Assembly: GCA_040954595.2 (NCBI GenBank)
Contig: CM082583.2
Coordinates: 8,306,849 to 8,370,848, forward strand
Direction of reading: 5' to 3'
Length of the DNA: 64,000 nt
From: Balanoglossus misakiensis
Lineage: Eukaryota; Animalia; Hemichordata
The notes under the pieces are model-generated. The model did not search any database, was not told the origin of the DNA, and saw only the letters and a program-made list of their open reading frames with translations. Both the position numbers and the translations under genes were made by a program. Shown here in pieces: positions 37,696-49,339 of the stretch; the first letter of the stretch is position 1, and every line of letters starts with the position of its first letter.

Positions 37696-39258
37696 ATGCA
37701 GCAATTGTTTTATCACAAGTACTTTGTCAAAGATGCCTTCACTGGAAATATACACACTTCTGAAGTCCACAAGGCCATCACACTTCATCCCATTAAAAAT
37801 ATTCCTTACTTCTATCGGATGCACGCATATTTGGAAAGTCAGAAAATAGCTGATTTACAACAGAAAACTCTCAGGACACTTCGGGAAATTCAAGAAATGA
37901 ACCAGTTGTTGAAAGCGCCTGTGATAACAGACAGGAAAAAGAGGGAAAGTGCCGAACTTGGGCAGAATGCAGATCTGGTGCGGTTTGTGCCGAGCTCTCC
38001 TAGTGATACTTTCACCTGGGATTTCTTCACCAAGTATTTGTACGCCTGGAAGAGCGACAACCCGCGGAGAGGCGTTCCTAAGTATTTACAGAGTGCGTTA
38101 GACCACGTGGTCATGCAAGTGATGGAGGTGATCAACATGAACTCGCTGTCCCGGGGACGGACTATAGACTTCCAGGAGATCCTCTACGGATACCAGCGGT
38201 TGAACCCGCAGCTGGGCGTGGACTACGTGGTGGACCTGCTCCTCATGTACAAGAGGCACAAGGGGAAGAAGCGCAACGTGCCCGTCCGGCGGCACGCCTA
38301 CCTGCAGCAGTCGTTCGGGAAGGTCGAGTTCCGGGAGGAGGTCCCCGAGAGGCCCGTGCTGAAGTTGCCCAGCAACAGAGTGAGGACTGCCAAGCCGCTG
38401 CTGGCGAAATTCCGCAAAGTGGCGGCGGAGAGCGGCGCGCACTGGAACACACTCAGCCGCTACACCCAACACACGATACACTTTGTGCTGCCCCTCGCGG
38501 GCAGGTTCGAAACTTTCAAGAGATTCATGGAGAACTTGGAGAGGACGTGCCTGATCACCAAGGAGGACGTGAAGCTGGTGGTGGTCCTGTTCAAGACGTC
38601 CAACAACGACCAGTCGCTGGAGATCGTCAAACTGTTCGCTTTTTACCAGCAGACGTACCCGCACACGGAGATGCGGATCGTCAACGCCGTGGGGGAGTTC
38701 TCGCGGGGACTGGCCCTGGAGTTGGGAGCGTCTCAGTTTCCCGTGGACGCGCTGATGTTTTTCGTGGACGTGGACATGTACTTCACCTCGGGATTCCTCA
38801 ACCGCTGCCGGCAGAACACCAAACAGGGTAAGCAAGTCTACTACCCGGCGGTCTTCAGCCAGTTTGAGCCGAAGATCGTCTACCCGAAGAAGCGTTCGGC
38901 GGGCAACATCATCATCAACAAGCACTCGGGCATCATCCGCAGCTACGGATTCGGCATCGTGTGCGCGTACAACGGCGACGTGAACGCCGTCGGGGGGATG
39001 GACGGCTCCATCGTGGGCTGGGGCATGGAGGACGTGGACCTCTACAGCAAGTTCATCAGGAACAACTTCACCGTGTTCCGGGCGCCCGACATGGGACTGG
39101 TCCACATCTACCACCCCATACTCTGCGATCAGAACCTGGACCCCAGCCAGTACCAGATGTGTCTGGGCACGCGGGCGTCTATCTTCGGCAGTGCCGCCCA
39201 GCTGTCGGAGATACTCCGGAAGAGCCAGTACCAGAATGGCGGGAAGCCGGAAAGGTGA
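37696..39258 (+). CDS. CHSY1: Chondroitin sulfate synthase 1, exon 2 (linker and GT7 beta-1,4-GalNAc transferase domain); full protein 773 aa
   Basis: ttattttccag|MQQLFY, AITLHPIK, RGRTIDFQEILYGYQR, VPVRRHAYLQQSF, FSRGLALELG, FFVDVD, VYYPAVFSQF, GWGMEDVDL, FRAPDMGLVHIYHP. The intron 21033-37695 is 16.7 kb. Confidence 0.96.
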   Translation: MQQLFYHKYFVKDAFTGNIHTSEVHKAITLHPIKNIPYFYRMHAYLESQKIADLQQKTLRTLREIQEMNQLLKAPVITDRKKRESAELGQNADLVRFVPSSPSDTFTWDFFTKYLYAWKSDNPRRGVPKYLQSALDHVVMQVMEVINMNSLSRGRTIDFQEILYGYQRLNPQLGVDYVVDLLLMYKRHKGKKRNVPVRRHAYLQQSFGKVEFREEVPERPVLKLPSNRVRTAKPLLAKFRKVAAESGAHWNTLSRYTQHTIHFVLPLAGRFETFKRFMENLERTCLITKEDVKLVVVLFKTSNNDQSLEIVKLFAFYQQTYPHTEMRIVNAVGEFSRGLALELGASQFPVDALMFFVDVDMYFTSGFLNRCRQNTKQGKQVYYPAVFSQFEPKIVYPKKRSAGNIIINKHSGIIRSYGFGIVCAYNGDVNAVGGMDGSIVGWGMEDVDLYSKFIRNNFTVFRAPDMGLVHIYHPILCDQNLDPSQYQMCLGTRASIFGSAAQLSEILRKSQYQNGGKPER

Positions 39259-42200
39259 GGGTTATACACAGCAATACAGAACGTGAATGCCGAAGAAATC
39301 CAAGAGGATTAGTAACAGGGTTTGTTGGGATTTGCATTCGAGGATATTTAATGCATAGATACCAAGACTCGTCCAATTTACAGATTCCATCATCGTTTTA
39401 ATGTTTTTTTGTCTGCGTAGGGTCTTTGTCATGTGCTTTAACGCCATCAAATCCATGCTGTTTGTAATTATGCATTTTTTGAGTTGTTTTGTTTTACGCC
39501 TTTTTTGCTGCAGTTAGAGAAAGTGGGTGCGTGGAGACACCATTGCAGGGATCTTCACCACTGCAGAATTCACAACTGGTTCCTGTCTTGTTTTTTTTCT
39601 CTCATCATGAACACTACTCTAAAAGAAATGTAAGGTATGAAATTGGTTGCCTAGGTGACCAGATCGCTCATCAGTGTCCTGTAACAAAGTATATGTGAAT
39701 GTCAATGCTTTAGTCTGTGTTGCATTCACATTGACTTTAAAATCATCTTTGCAAGAAAACGATATTTGTGACCATTTCAGCATTTTTGTGGAATCTAAGA
39801 ACATTGTATTATCAGTTATCCTGAATTTGCTTTGTTTGAAGGATGATCCAGGGTTTGTTTTATTCCCATATACAGCAATAACAGGGAAGACTTTCAACTT
39901 CTAATGTTTACACCAATTTCAGCTAAGATGTGCTTGCGTCAGGCTTTAAAGTCGGCCAGAACTTCAATACCTTGTTACCTCAAATCTTGTCTAGCAAGTT
40001 AGCTGTTACTCTCAGAATTACACATTATTTGTCCCCACAGTGAATTCAACTGCAGACCCGTATCTCTCCAGTGATCTAAATACATAGTGACCCAGTTTCC
40101 AACTTGTACTTAACTGCTAGTACCGGTAATTACACCTAAAGAGATGTAACGAATTGCACTGCAAGGGGTGAATAGCGATGAACAGAAGACGAGTTGAACC
40201 GAGGAAAGAAAAACCTACTCTATCAAAACACCCGTCCAAGCAAAGCAGAGTTAAACCTCAATCCAGGCAGTTACACTTGTGCAGTGGTGTGTGATCGCAT
40301 TTGAGTAACCCATCCTCTGGCGCCATAAAACATTCACACTTGTCTAAACTGCTATCCTGCAGGTGTCACATATATCTCCTACCCGTTAACACAACAAAGG
40401 CAACGTCCTTGCTAACAAACGGAGGTTCGCACACTTTTATTGACCCAGTTAGCGCGCTGTTCTAAAGTTTATGTTGTGTGTGTTTGCAGTCCTGAATAGA
40501 CATGGCAAGGGTGTGAATATTTTAAGAGATGGGCCTGATAAGTTACACACTTTCATCTCGTAGATTTTCGCTCTCCGCCAAAATATTGTCGTTTGTGAAA
40601 TATTTCTCAGAAAAAATATCCCAAGGAGAGGTTTTGAGTCTGTCTGCTTGTCACATTTGAGTGATTGATATTAATGTAGGGCCAAGGTGAGACTTCTGAC
40701 AGTTCGTTCGTTGTACATGTAGCTACTGAAATGATAGTGGTCATTACTTGCTAAACTATGTGTATGAAAATATCGCGACAGTGACCCATGACCGCAAGGT
40801 ATTTGTTGGTGGAACCCCAACCGGGCTTTGGTTTTTAAAAAAAAGAGGTCAAGTCCAGGGAAGAAGCAGACAGAAAGAGCGATAACATTCTTCACAGAGT
40901 ACGTAATTCAGAAACAGTGAGACGCAATCAGCAACTGAGATTATTTGTGTGTACAAGTTCACTAGAGGAGGTCATTGATCTTTGACCTCCAGTGAATGGT
41001 GGCACACTGGTTTGTGGCTGAGGTGGAAGTGTTTTGGAGATTCAGATTTGTGAACTCAATAACTAATGCAGCAATAATGAATGAGCTACCCTCCCCTATA
41101 GTGCGGTATTTACAGTAGACTGCGTAATCTGATTAAGTGACACAAGAGTTTCGTAATAGTGTTTTAATTGTTCTGTAATTGAAAAAAAATGCTGCAACAA
41201 TACCCAGTATGCAAATTAGTTGTCGGTTAGCGGAATTACAGTTAGATGCATACTATGGGCAACACAGTACAAAAGTTGAATAAGTTAGTATGTTAGTATT
41301 GCTTTCAGTAGTTTCATGATCACTTGTTAGGGTATGGTAGGGGATACTTTATAGAATCTTGAAATTCATTTCTGATGCTTTGATGAAACTCTGCACCATT
41401 CATTGAATACTAATAAACTCAACAGTCACGTTTCTCATAAGGATTTCCTCCAACTAACAAGGGTGAAATCTTTCCTGTATTAGCAATAATAGAAATCAGT
41501 CAGCTACTGAGAGTCATCTTCCTAAACTCTGCCAATGCAATCAATGCCCATGGCAGTAAACCCTGGCAATTCCTCTTTGCTTTTAAACTTTCTAAACAGA
41601 GTCTGAGCTGGGGCCCTGCTGTTGTTTCACCAGTGATAAAGCAAAATGTGTTTGTATACTTCTTGGAGTGGAAACTGTGTCTGTTTAATAATGACAAGCA
41701 TAAGAGTTTTTCCAAACACTCCCTAAGAAAGCTTTGTAATTGTTCCAAATCGTGTCCTCGGGCTATTGAAATTTCTCAGTGTGCTACGGACACTCTTCGA
41801 CCAATGCTGACAGTGTGAATGGATTTGTGTATCTACAAACCTCAACTGGAGTGCAGTGTTACACAAAATATCAAGCCACCAATGGATAACTGTGGTCCAG
41901 TGGCTTAAATAAATACCACGCAGTTGTTTTCACTCTATCCAAACATTTTCCCAAAGCATGTTGTGACACACCTAGTAGTATGGGAAGGCTCTCTTGAGGA
42001 CAGGAACAGTTGACTGACTTTTTAAAATTTCTTGTCATCCGTGCCAAGATTTGTAAAAAAAAGAAGCTGCAATAAGGTTCAGTTTGATTTTTAATAATTT
42101 CATTTGTCACTCTTGGTGTTAAAACTAACCATGTTTTTCCTCTGTTCCAAAAACAAAACTCTATCTTTCTCCACTCAGCCAGGGAAACGTGCACTTCTTC

Positions 42201-43894
42201 ACGGCAAAAGCCAGGCATTCAGAGAAGTCAGTGTGACGTGGAAGGCTTGACATTTATGCATCCAGGGTCAACACTTTTTCTAATGTCAAAAGGGTGAAGG
42301 TTTGTTTCCATATTCATTGTGTGACGCAGACTTGTAGAGTGGTATTAAACTGAATGGACAGATTACAAACGTGGGTACTGAAGAAAAAAAAGGTCTACTC
42401 TAATTGATGAATAATCCATGATGGCATCCGTTGTAGGGAAAGAGATTGTATGGGAATGTCATTGTCCAACTGAGATATGTAACATGGCTTTGATATGCCT
42501 GCCACACTAGTATAAAAATATAGATATATTTTTTCACATGACAGGTTTCATTTGGGGATTGTCAACTGTAATCCAATTTGTGTGCGAAATCTCCCCTGGC
42601 TATTGGGGTTCATTTCAGTCAGTGTGTCTCATTTCCACTGTCATGTAAATTTTGAAGATGTTCCCTCTTTGAGGGATCAATTGTCAATAGTGCCTTTTCA
42701 ACCGCAAGAATACATACACTAGAGTGATGTTAAGTTTCGACCTGGACAGTGACAGACTAACTCAGTCTATCTTGTCTCCCATTGCCAGGTAGAAAAGGTG
42801 ACATTGTGTGCGTACTTTGACATTCAGTCGGTGTGTGGCTAGAATATATTCTTGTCTCTTTGTTACAAAATTGTCATTTGAATAGTTTGAGATTTGAATG
42901 AGCACCCACTCCCATCTCAAACCCCATTGAATAGATAATTCTTACTGGCCATGATTTATTATCAGCCGACCACAAGGTTTTTTTTACCGTAAGAATGAAA
43001 TACTTGACCCTGTGATAAGATATGGGCAATCTAGAGGGATGGTGCGCAAATATATGGGTACAGAAATCACCACATTGTCGTATTGACTGGTAAAGCTTTT
43101 AGAACAGATAAACTTGCAAGGATGGTCGTGTTTATTGTTCATCTACAAGACAAGATATTTACAACTAGTGGGGAATTGTCCAACTCAGCAGTCCAGAATA
43201 TTTTACCACAGGGCATTAACTTGACAAACAGAGCATGATCTGATACTATATTTGTGTTCAGAGAACTGTTGTTACACATCAATGCATGCAGAAACTCTGA
43301 AAAAAAGCCAGTATTTTGTTGTATTTTACATTTTCTCTTGTTATGCATTTTTCTGCGGATGGATTTTCCGTCGTCCTACCTCTACTGCCAAAGACAACTT
43401 TGTGTTTCACCTAGTACTCACACAAGCCACATATTACAAGTTTTCTGTCCGGTTTTGCTGACTTGTGTCCACATTGTTTTTTCTGTTCTTCAGATTGCTT
43501 GATGTCATTTCTGATGTGTCTCTGTAATCACCATATATAAATTTCTATTCACATTTAGTCCCTGTGATATATCTGGAGGTGTACAAATGAAAAATTAATT
43601 CTTTCTGAACAGCAACCATCTCCATGTTATTCTTTGATGTGGATTCATTTTTGACGTGTATTTTTTTTCAAGAGTTTATGTAATTCTTTATCATTTCTGT
43701 TGGGAAATCATTTAAACACGAAAATATGACGGTATTAAACCTTTATTAACGTTTGATTTGACTGGCTTTGGTGTATTGAACACTGGGTGCGCCCTCTGTA
43801 GGTAATGCGTGGTATCCCCTTGTTCATGCCCATCAGAAGCTGTGATCAAGCGATGGGGTGAGGTGCATGTTAATATTTTGCTTGGTACGTGATA

Positions 43895-43987
43895 TTAACC
43901 CTTTCACCCCCAGTTCCCTCTTTAGGGGTGAAACCTTACCGTAGAAAACAATGGGTTTGGACTGAACCATGGTGGTGAAAGGGTTAG
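43895..43987. mobile_element. Tiny piggyBac-like MITE
   Basis: TTAA|CCCTTTCACC ... GGTGAAAGGG|TTAG: perfect terminal inverted repeat around an 85-bp element, with a TTAA-type target site. Confidence 0.6.
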
Positions 43988-45194
43988 AGATAACTGATCA
44001 TGTACCGGGTATCTTCCTTAAGTACTGGAGTGCAATCTGTTTTTACAAATGTAGTGGGTTAGTTTGATATCAAAAACAACATCTTGTATTTCTAACGGTG
44101 CTATGTCAAAAACACTTTGATTTTTCAGTTTGAAATTTTGGCTGGCAATTGCCAGGCCCTTTCATATTTTTTTTTTCTGTTGGTGTTTTTCCAATATTAA
44201 TAAGATGTTTTGTTGTCAGGTTCTAATAATACATTGTGAAGTTGTATTTTATTTACTAGACGTTGCTCTATGACGTTTCATTGAGATTTTTCTGTCTTGA
44301 ACTTGACAATATTTTATGTTTAAAATGAATTATTGAACGTGTCATTCTTGAATACAGGTTTTCACAGAATACAATGTTTCTCGTTGTTCAAATAATTCTG
44401 ACCACAGTAAAATGCCATCTGCTGTATGATATTCAACTGTGAACATGTTGTGTCACACAGCAAACCCATCACCATTTTACGTATAAACGAGGGAAAACTA
44501 TTTTTTTGTAAAAGAAAATTAATTTATACTTTCATTTTCAAGTAACGTGATATATGATTTCTTTATTTTTGCTTGTTTGTTTGTTTGGTTCATTTAAGAA
44601 ATAATTTTGTGTGAAGCTTTAATGTTCTGTGTTGAAAAGGGACGAACATCGGGGAATTAAGAGTCAAGATATTTATGAAGGGTTGGGTTCTGTGACATTC
44701 ACTGCAGAATATAGTATTTAGCATGTCAAAAATTGGTTCATGTGACTCTAATATTTGTAGCATAAACGTTTCAGATTAGTGTGCTTTATTCTTACATGAT
44801 GGAATCTTAGGATTGGAAGATGCGTAGCTATCACAAAAATGACGAGCTTTTAGAAATATTGACAACTGAACATCACATTGGTGCCAAATTTTACAAGAAA
44901 AACTTGACCACAATTCAGAGATGTATCAAACTTTTCTTCTTCAGAGTAAACACTGCCCTCTACAGTTTAACTATTTAACCGGTGCACGGACATCATTCCA
45001 AGAAAAATTAAATAATTGTCTGCAATGCACCCAGATCTTCGAGTATTTAGCACATTGATCCTTTTAAACATTTTCCACTCAATTCACTTCTATTTTGACT
45101 GTAACTTTTTACAATTTTTTTGAAAAAGTCAATTCTCACAAAAACAGTATTCCTTCATTATTTTTTTCCGCAATGATGTAAATATATATTGAGA

Positions 45195-45209
45195 AATAAA
45201 ACATTTATT
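45195..45209. terminator. Back-to-back polyadenylation signals AATAAA-aca-TTTATT
   Basis: AATAAA on + (45195-45200) and on - (45209-45204). They lie ~125 nt past the stop of the minus-strand CHSY-like gene and at the end of a T-rich stretch downstream of CHSY1. Confidence 0.5.
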
Positions 45210-45331
45210 GAACTTGTTAAAATATGATGTGAGTTTGCTCATTGTTCTGTCTGACGTAAATGCCAAAAGTTTGCTCATTTCTGTGAAAGTTAGTCGTCAG
45301 TCCCTATACAGGTTCTGTCAAGACATGATAT

Positions 45332-46168
45332 TTAGCTATTTGATGAAATTATTTTCAAATCACTATCATAAGCTCTGAAAATCTGCAGACCAGATTTCTG
45401 GACCCTTTCCACAAGGCTGTCTTCGCAAGAAGAGGTGTTCATACCAGAAAAGTTGACTAAGGCATTCAAATCGGAACTGTAAATACAAAATGTGGTCACT
45501 GTCTCCCCAAGTCCAGCTTGTTGGTCACTATGGGTCTGTACGAAAGGTACGGGTACGTAAACTTGTTTTCCCTGAATTGTGTTGCCATAGCAATGCTGCA
45601 GTAAGGATGAACTCAGATTAGTCTGTGTGTCTGCCAAGAGCACAAGGCTGTGTTCATGGATCTGTTGCTGCTGGAATACCTCACGGTAGATTTGCCATGC
45701 ACAAGATTGGTCATTGACTCTTGCCAGTAAAAATCTATGACTTTGATATTGTTGTCTGTATGGTGCCAAGACAGATTCCAATTTCTTGACAAGTTCTGGA
45801 TCATCGTCAACTGCGAAAATCGTTGTTAGGTTCTGTGGACAGTGCAAATTCTTCAGAATGTTTTCTTCAAGAGCACACATGAAACTTTTCAAGTCGAAAA
45901 GGTCACCCGAAGAGGAAATAACTAGATGGAGGGAGTTTTCTACATGATAGTTTGCGGTGACTTTTTTAGTTCTTGTGTTTGCGACTGGCTGGATGACATT
46001 CACACGTTTGGTCATAAGGCTTTGGCTGTTTCCTTGTTTGAACACGAGGTCCAGGAGGAACTCCAGTTGGTTGCCTTGGTGATACCTGTAGAATCCTCCA
46101 TTGAAGTGGCTGAATTGGAGACTGTTGCCATGGTGCTGCGAGATGTAGCCCACAGCCATCTTGACAGC
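45332..46168 (-). CDS. CHSY-like paralog, coding exon 6 (degenerate GT7 domain, stop)
   Basis: cattggttccag|AVKMAVGYIS...LEFLLDLVFK...KRVNVIQP...LHLVISSSG...LLADTQ...LQHCYGNTIQGKQVYVPVPF...CIYSSDL...LQIFRAYDSDL; colinear with the CHSY1 C-terminal half. Confidence 0.85.
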   Translation of the reverse strand, partial: AVKMAVGYISQHHGNSLQFSHFNGGFYRYHQGNQLEFLLDLVFKQGNSQSLMTKRVNVIQPVANTRTKKVTANYHVENSLHLVISSSGDLFDLKSFMCALEENILKNLHCPQNLTTIFAVDDDPELVKKLESVLAPYRQQYQSHRFLLARVNDQSCAWQIYREVFQQQQIHEHSLVLLADTQTNLSSSLLQHCYGNTIQGKQVYVPVPFVQTHSDQQAGLGETVTTFCIYSSDLNALVNFSGMNTSSCEDSLVERVQKSGLQIFRAYDSDLKIISSNS

Positions 46169-46552
46169 CTGGAACCAATGCATTTTATGAAAGTGATGAG
46201 TACACAATATTTCATAGGCCCTTGTGGAACCTTGGAACAATATTGTTTTCCTATCGTCGAAAATTCTGTTTCAGTGATGCAACGTTATTTTGCTTATTCA
46301 TTGGCTAGATCTTCAGAAACAAAAGCAACCTGTCAGATATAAAAACAAAGTAAATTCTTAATGCTGCCACTTTTGGCAGTGTCAATTGCAGGACTATTTT
46401 TGGGGGTTCTGCCAAGGCAGAACAGAATCTGTTATTAATTTGTTGGAATGTCTAGAAATGTAACTTATGTCATAACTGATGGTTTGATTATTCAAAAAAA
46501 TCTCAGAACTTTTTCTATGGAGTTTGGTACATCCAACATCAGGATATGTTAC

Positions 46553-46750
46553 CTTTTGAAAATATTCCTTGAGTGAATCTGATAAGCGTTCACTGTTTGG
46601 TACCAAATATCTCATATCTGCTGTAAAGCCGGTCCAAGATGTTGTGAGACTTGTCTGTTGTTTGTTCTGCGAACCGTCTGTGACCATGGCAACTGGGCGT
46701 GATAGATAACTCTCCATCAGAAGGATGGCAGTACTTAGATCGTTGATTGC
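46553..46750 (-). CDS. CHSY-like paralog, coding exon 5 (linker)
   Basis: ctccaaactccag|AINDLSTAILLMESYLS...SWTGFTADMRYL...EYFQK|gtaaca. 198 nt, phase 0 to 0; aligns with the CHSY1 helix and the TWDFFTKYLY segment. Confidence 0.75.
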
Positions 46751-47077
46751 CTGGAGTTTGGAGAGAATATAGCAGTCATTATTTCGGTCTCTGAAGCGTG
46801 ATGGAACTGTTCTCCATCAATGGCCACTGAGAAGCAAACCGCTGAATTAATTTTGCCGTAACAAACCGAATGGTTGCTGGAGTGATCTGCAATTGATGTA
46901 AACTGCATATGACAGGGGGATTGTAACAAATTTGTGGATCAGGCAACTGCAGGTTTATAAGAAAAGTTCTCAAACAAGTGACATGTACAACAGTCACAAA
47001 TTTTCCTAAACTTTTATCAGGACAAAATCAATATAAACTGTTAAATTCAAGAATCTCATGGCAGACTGTAAACTAAC

Positions 47078-47260
47078 CTCTGTTGTCTCATGTATTTGTT
47101 GGCTTGTTCTGTACCTGTGCAGACGATACATGATATGTGGCTCTTTGGCATAATGCAGCGTCAATGCCTTCTTGACGCGAGGGTTTTCATCCAAGTTTCC
47201 AGTGAACGGTTTCTCACCATGGAAGTCCTGCTCGTATGCGTGGTAGAATAGATCGAGGAA
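47078..47260 (-). CDS. CHSY-like paralog, coding exon 4
   Basis: ccttttacag|FLDLFYHAYE...PFTGNL...KKALTLHYAKEPHIMYRLHRY...ETTE|gttagt. Compare CHSY1 MQQLFYH..AFTGNI..HKAITLHPIKNIPYFYRMHAY. Confidence 0.9.
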
Positions 47261-47500
47261 CTGTAAAAGGAGGAGATTGATTCAATCAAATTTTACTTGT
47301 CTTCTGACCTGCAGTGTAATACACCCCATCAAAGGTCAGCATGATTGTTAGAAGGAACTCTGTGTGATTTTATCGTTTCACTCATTTTCTGTCGGTATTT
47401 ACGTTCAGTGTATTGTCCTAGATTTTCTTGTCCCACTGAGAGCCTAAAACACCCAGTATTCTGCTTGTTAGAGTACCTTGCATGTGGGTGAATACCTTAC

Positions 47501-47616
47501 CTCCCACGACCTTGTGCACTGTATACCCAGATGCTTGATGACACATCTTCCAATCTCCACATCCTCTTCTCTGGATACAACATCAACCATACACTGATCA
47601 AGGTGTGGGCATAAAT
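47501..47616 (-). CDS. CHSY-like paralog, coding exon 3
   Basis: ttttcccctag|LCPHLDQCMVDVVSREEDVEIGRCVIKHLGIQCTRSWE|gtaagg. 116 nt, phase 1 to 0. Confidence 0.92.
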
Positions 47617-47751
47617 CTAGGGGAAAAAATGTCAAATTGTAATAGCCCTTCAGGATTGCCTATTATAGACAATCAGGAATTTAGTACAACAAACTATTAT
47701 GATTTCACAAGAACAACAAAAATTGACATTATACACTTTGTACAGACTTAC

Positions 47752-47869
47752 CCATCAAAGCAGCTCTGCTGAATATAACACCAGGACCTCCCATACAAAA
47801 ACTGTGGCCATCCAATCCCAGCTTATGCCTGACCTCGGGAAAGCCATACCCTGGCTGTCCAATGTATAT
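47752..47869 (-). CDS. CHSY-like paralog, coding exon 2
   Basis: aaaacag|IYIGQPGYGFPEVRHKLGLDGHSFCMGGPGVIFSRAALM+G|gtaagt. 118 nt, phase 0 to 1. Confidence 0.92.
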
Positions 47870-48733
47870 CTGTTTTAATGCAAAGCATTGATAGAGGAAG
47901 TGATTTTGTGTTACTTGTTTGTGAGTTTCAAAACTAAAGCACTATGCAAAGCTACATAAAAGCCATTATAATGTTTTGCTTTTCAATTTTCCATTACGTC
48001 CAATGTATGATGCTTGCTAGTCTGATGACTGTGTTATGCCTGGATAGCATATTGCAAATTTAGCTTTGTTGAACAGAACAGCGGTAAAATAAATATTTAA
48101 TGTAGAAAGCCCACAAAGAATGATTGCTAAAGGCAGAAAACAGCAGCCGTTTGCAAATTAACTTTAAGAAACAAAGCAGAAAGTCGTAGAAAATCATAAA
48201 TAAAACACAAGTTTCCAATGCAAAGTCTGAATTATTCAGAAGATATTGAATAATCAGTGTTTCTCTTTTCCTGAATCATGTAAAAGAACCTAATATCTGC
48301 TGGACTGAAAGGATTTGTATGAATAACACAGTGCCTATTCAGGTGTTGTAAATCATCTCAGAAAGAGACTTCAAGAATGAAATGATACGTACAGAAATTC
48401 AATACGTATAGCTCTAAGCATATAAAGTCAGATGCAGATGTGCTAATTTATCTTAATCTATCTTAAATCCATGTCATTCTTAAAAGAAACATGTCAGTAT
48501 TTTAGTGAATGTTTTTTTCCATTGAGTTTAATGATGTACAGTACATCAGCTAAAGTGGGAGAAAAATGACTGAAATGATGTACTACCTCCTTGTACAACA
48601 CACATCACACGACAAAGTTTAATGTAGCAAACGCTAATTTCAATTACCAGGAGGTATTCTGATACAATAAGTGTTCAGTCATCCAAAACTGACCTTACAT
48701 TATCACGCTTTTTGGATAAAACATCAAGCTTAC

Positions 48734-49339
48734 CTTCTTAGAGTGGTCGATTTGGCTCAAAAACTCCAACAGCTTGTCTACTTTAATGTAGACATCGTCA
48801 TCCGCCCGCAGGAACCAGTTATAGTCATCAATGTAATGCTGGCACATGTACTTCAGCATCTGGAAGGCCTTCTGCTGTGGTGGGTAGACATCATCGTCTA
48901 CGTTTGGCAATGCTACAATCGGTAGATTCGTCACATGTTTCACCTGACTGAAGAATTCCAATCGGGGCACATCTTGACCCCAAGTCCTGTTGCACGCGGT
49001 CGCCCGTGTCTGCAAGAACTTCCCGGCGGTTAACACACCCGCGTAGAACTGTTTTCTGAGCGGGCTATTTGTGCTGGACACAGCGGCACCATTGGCAGTG
49101 ACTTTCTGCGTTCTCGTTTGTCCTTCCTTTGAAGTGTCATCGTTCCTCCTCCAAGAATAAGGCAGTCTGATTGGAATGGAAGGCAGTGGCTCCACCAGGA
49201 ACAGGGTTGACAATCCAACTCCGAACATGATCCCGGCTATTATGGATAGAAATGTTTTGTCCTGAAGTAGTGACTGTTGAACGATATGTCTCCTTGACAA
49301 CTGTCTTACCCTGCCAACTTTCCATCTTTTCTTCTTCAT
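48734..49339 (-). CDS. CHSY-like paralog, coding exon 1 (type II TM anchor, start of GT31 domain); full protein ~685 aa
   Basis: TM FLSIIAGIMFGVGLSTLFLV; FYAGVLTAGKFLQTRATACNRTWG; LPNVDDDVYPPQQKAFQMLKYM; WFLRADDDVY; HSKK|gtaagc. The ATG is 3 nt after an acceptor (gattttcag|aaaATG), suggesting an upstream non-coding exon. Confidence 0.9.

Noticed and set aside
38098-39114. 338-aa antisense ORF (and similar shadow ORFs over the SDR, MAM exon 5 and CHSY1 exon 1)
   Set aside because: These are shadow ORFs caused by G/C-ending codon bias of the real sense genes; they show no motifs.
46169-46240. ORF-track extensions beyond exon boundaries (45332..46240, 5476..6243, 6520..7053, 20274..21125)
   Set aside because: They are read-through into introns beyond canonical splice sites.
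46779-46947. Candidate exon after the acceptor-like ctgcag near 46948, and another acceptor near 46331
   Set aside because: Both run into in-frame stops and lack CHSY similarity. The acceptors before 46750 and 46168 keep frame and homology.
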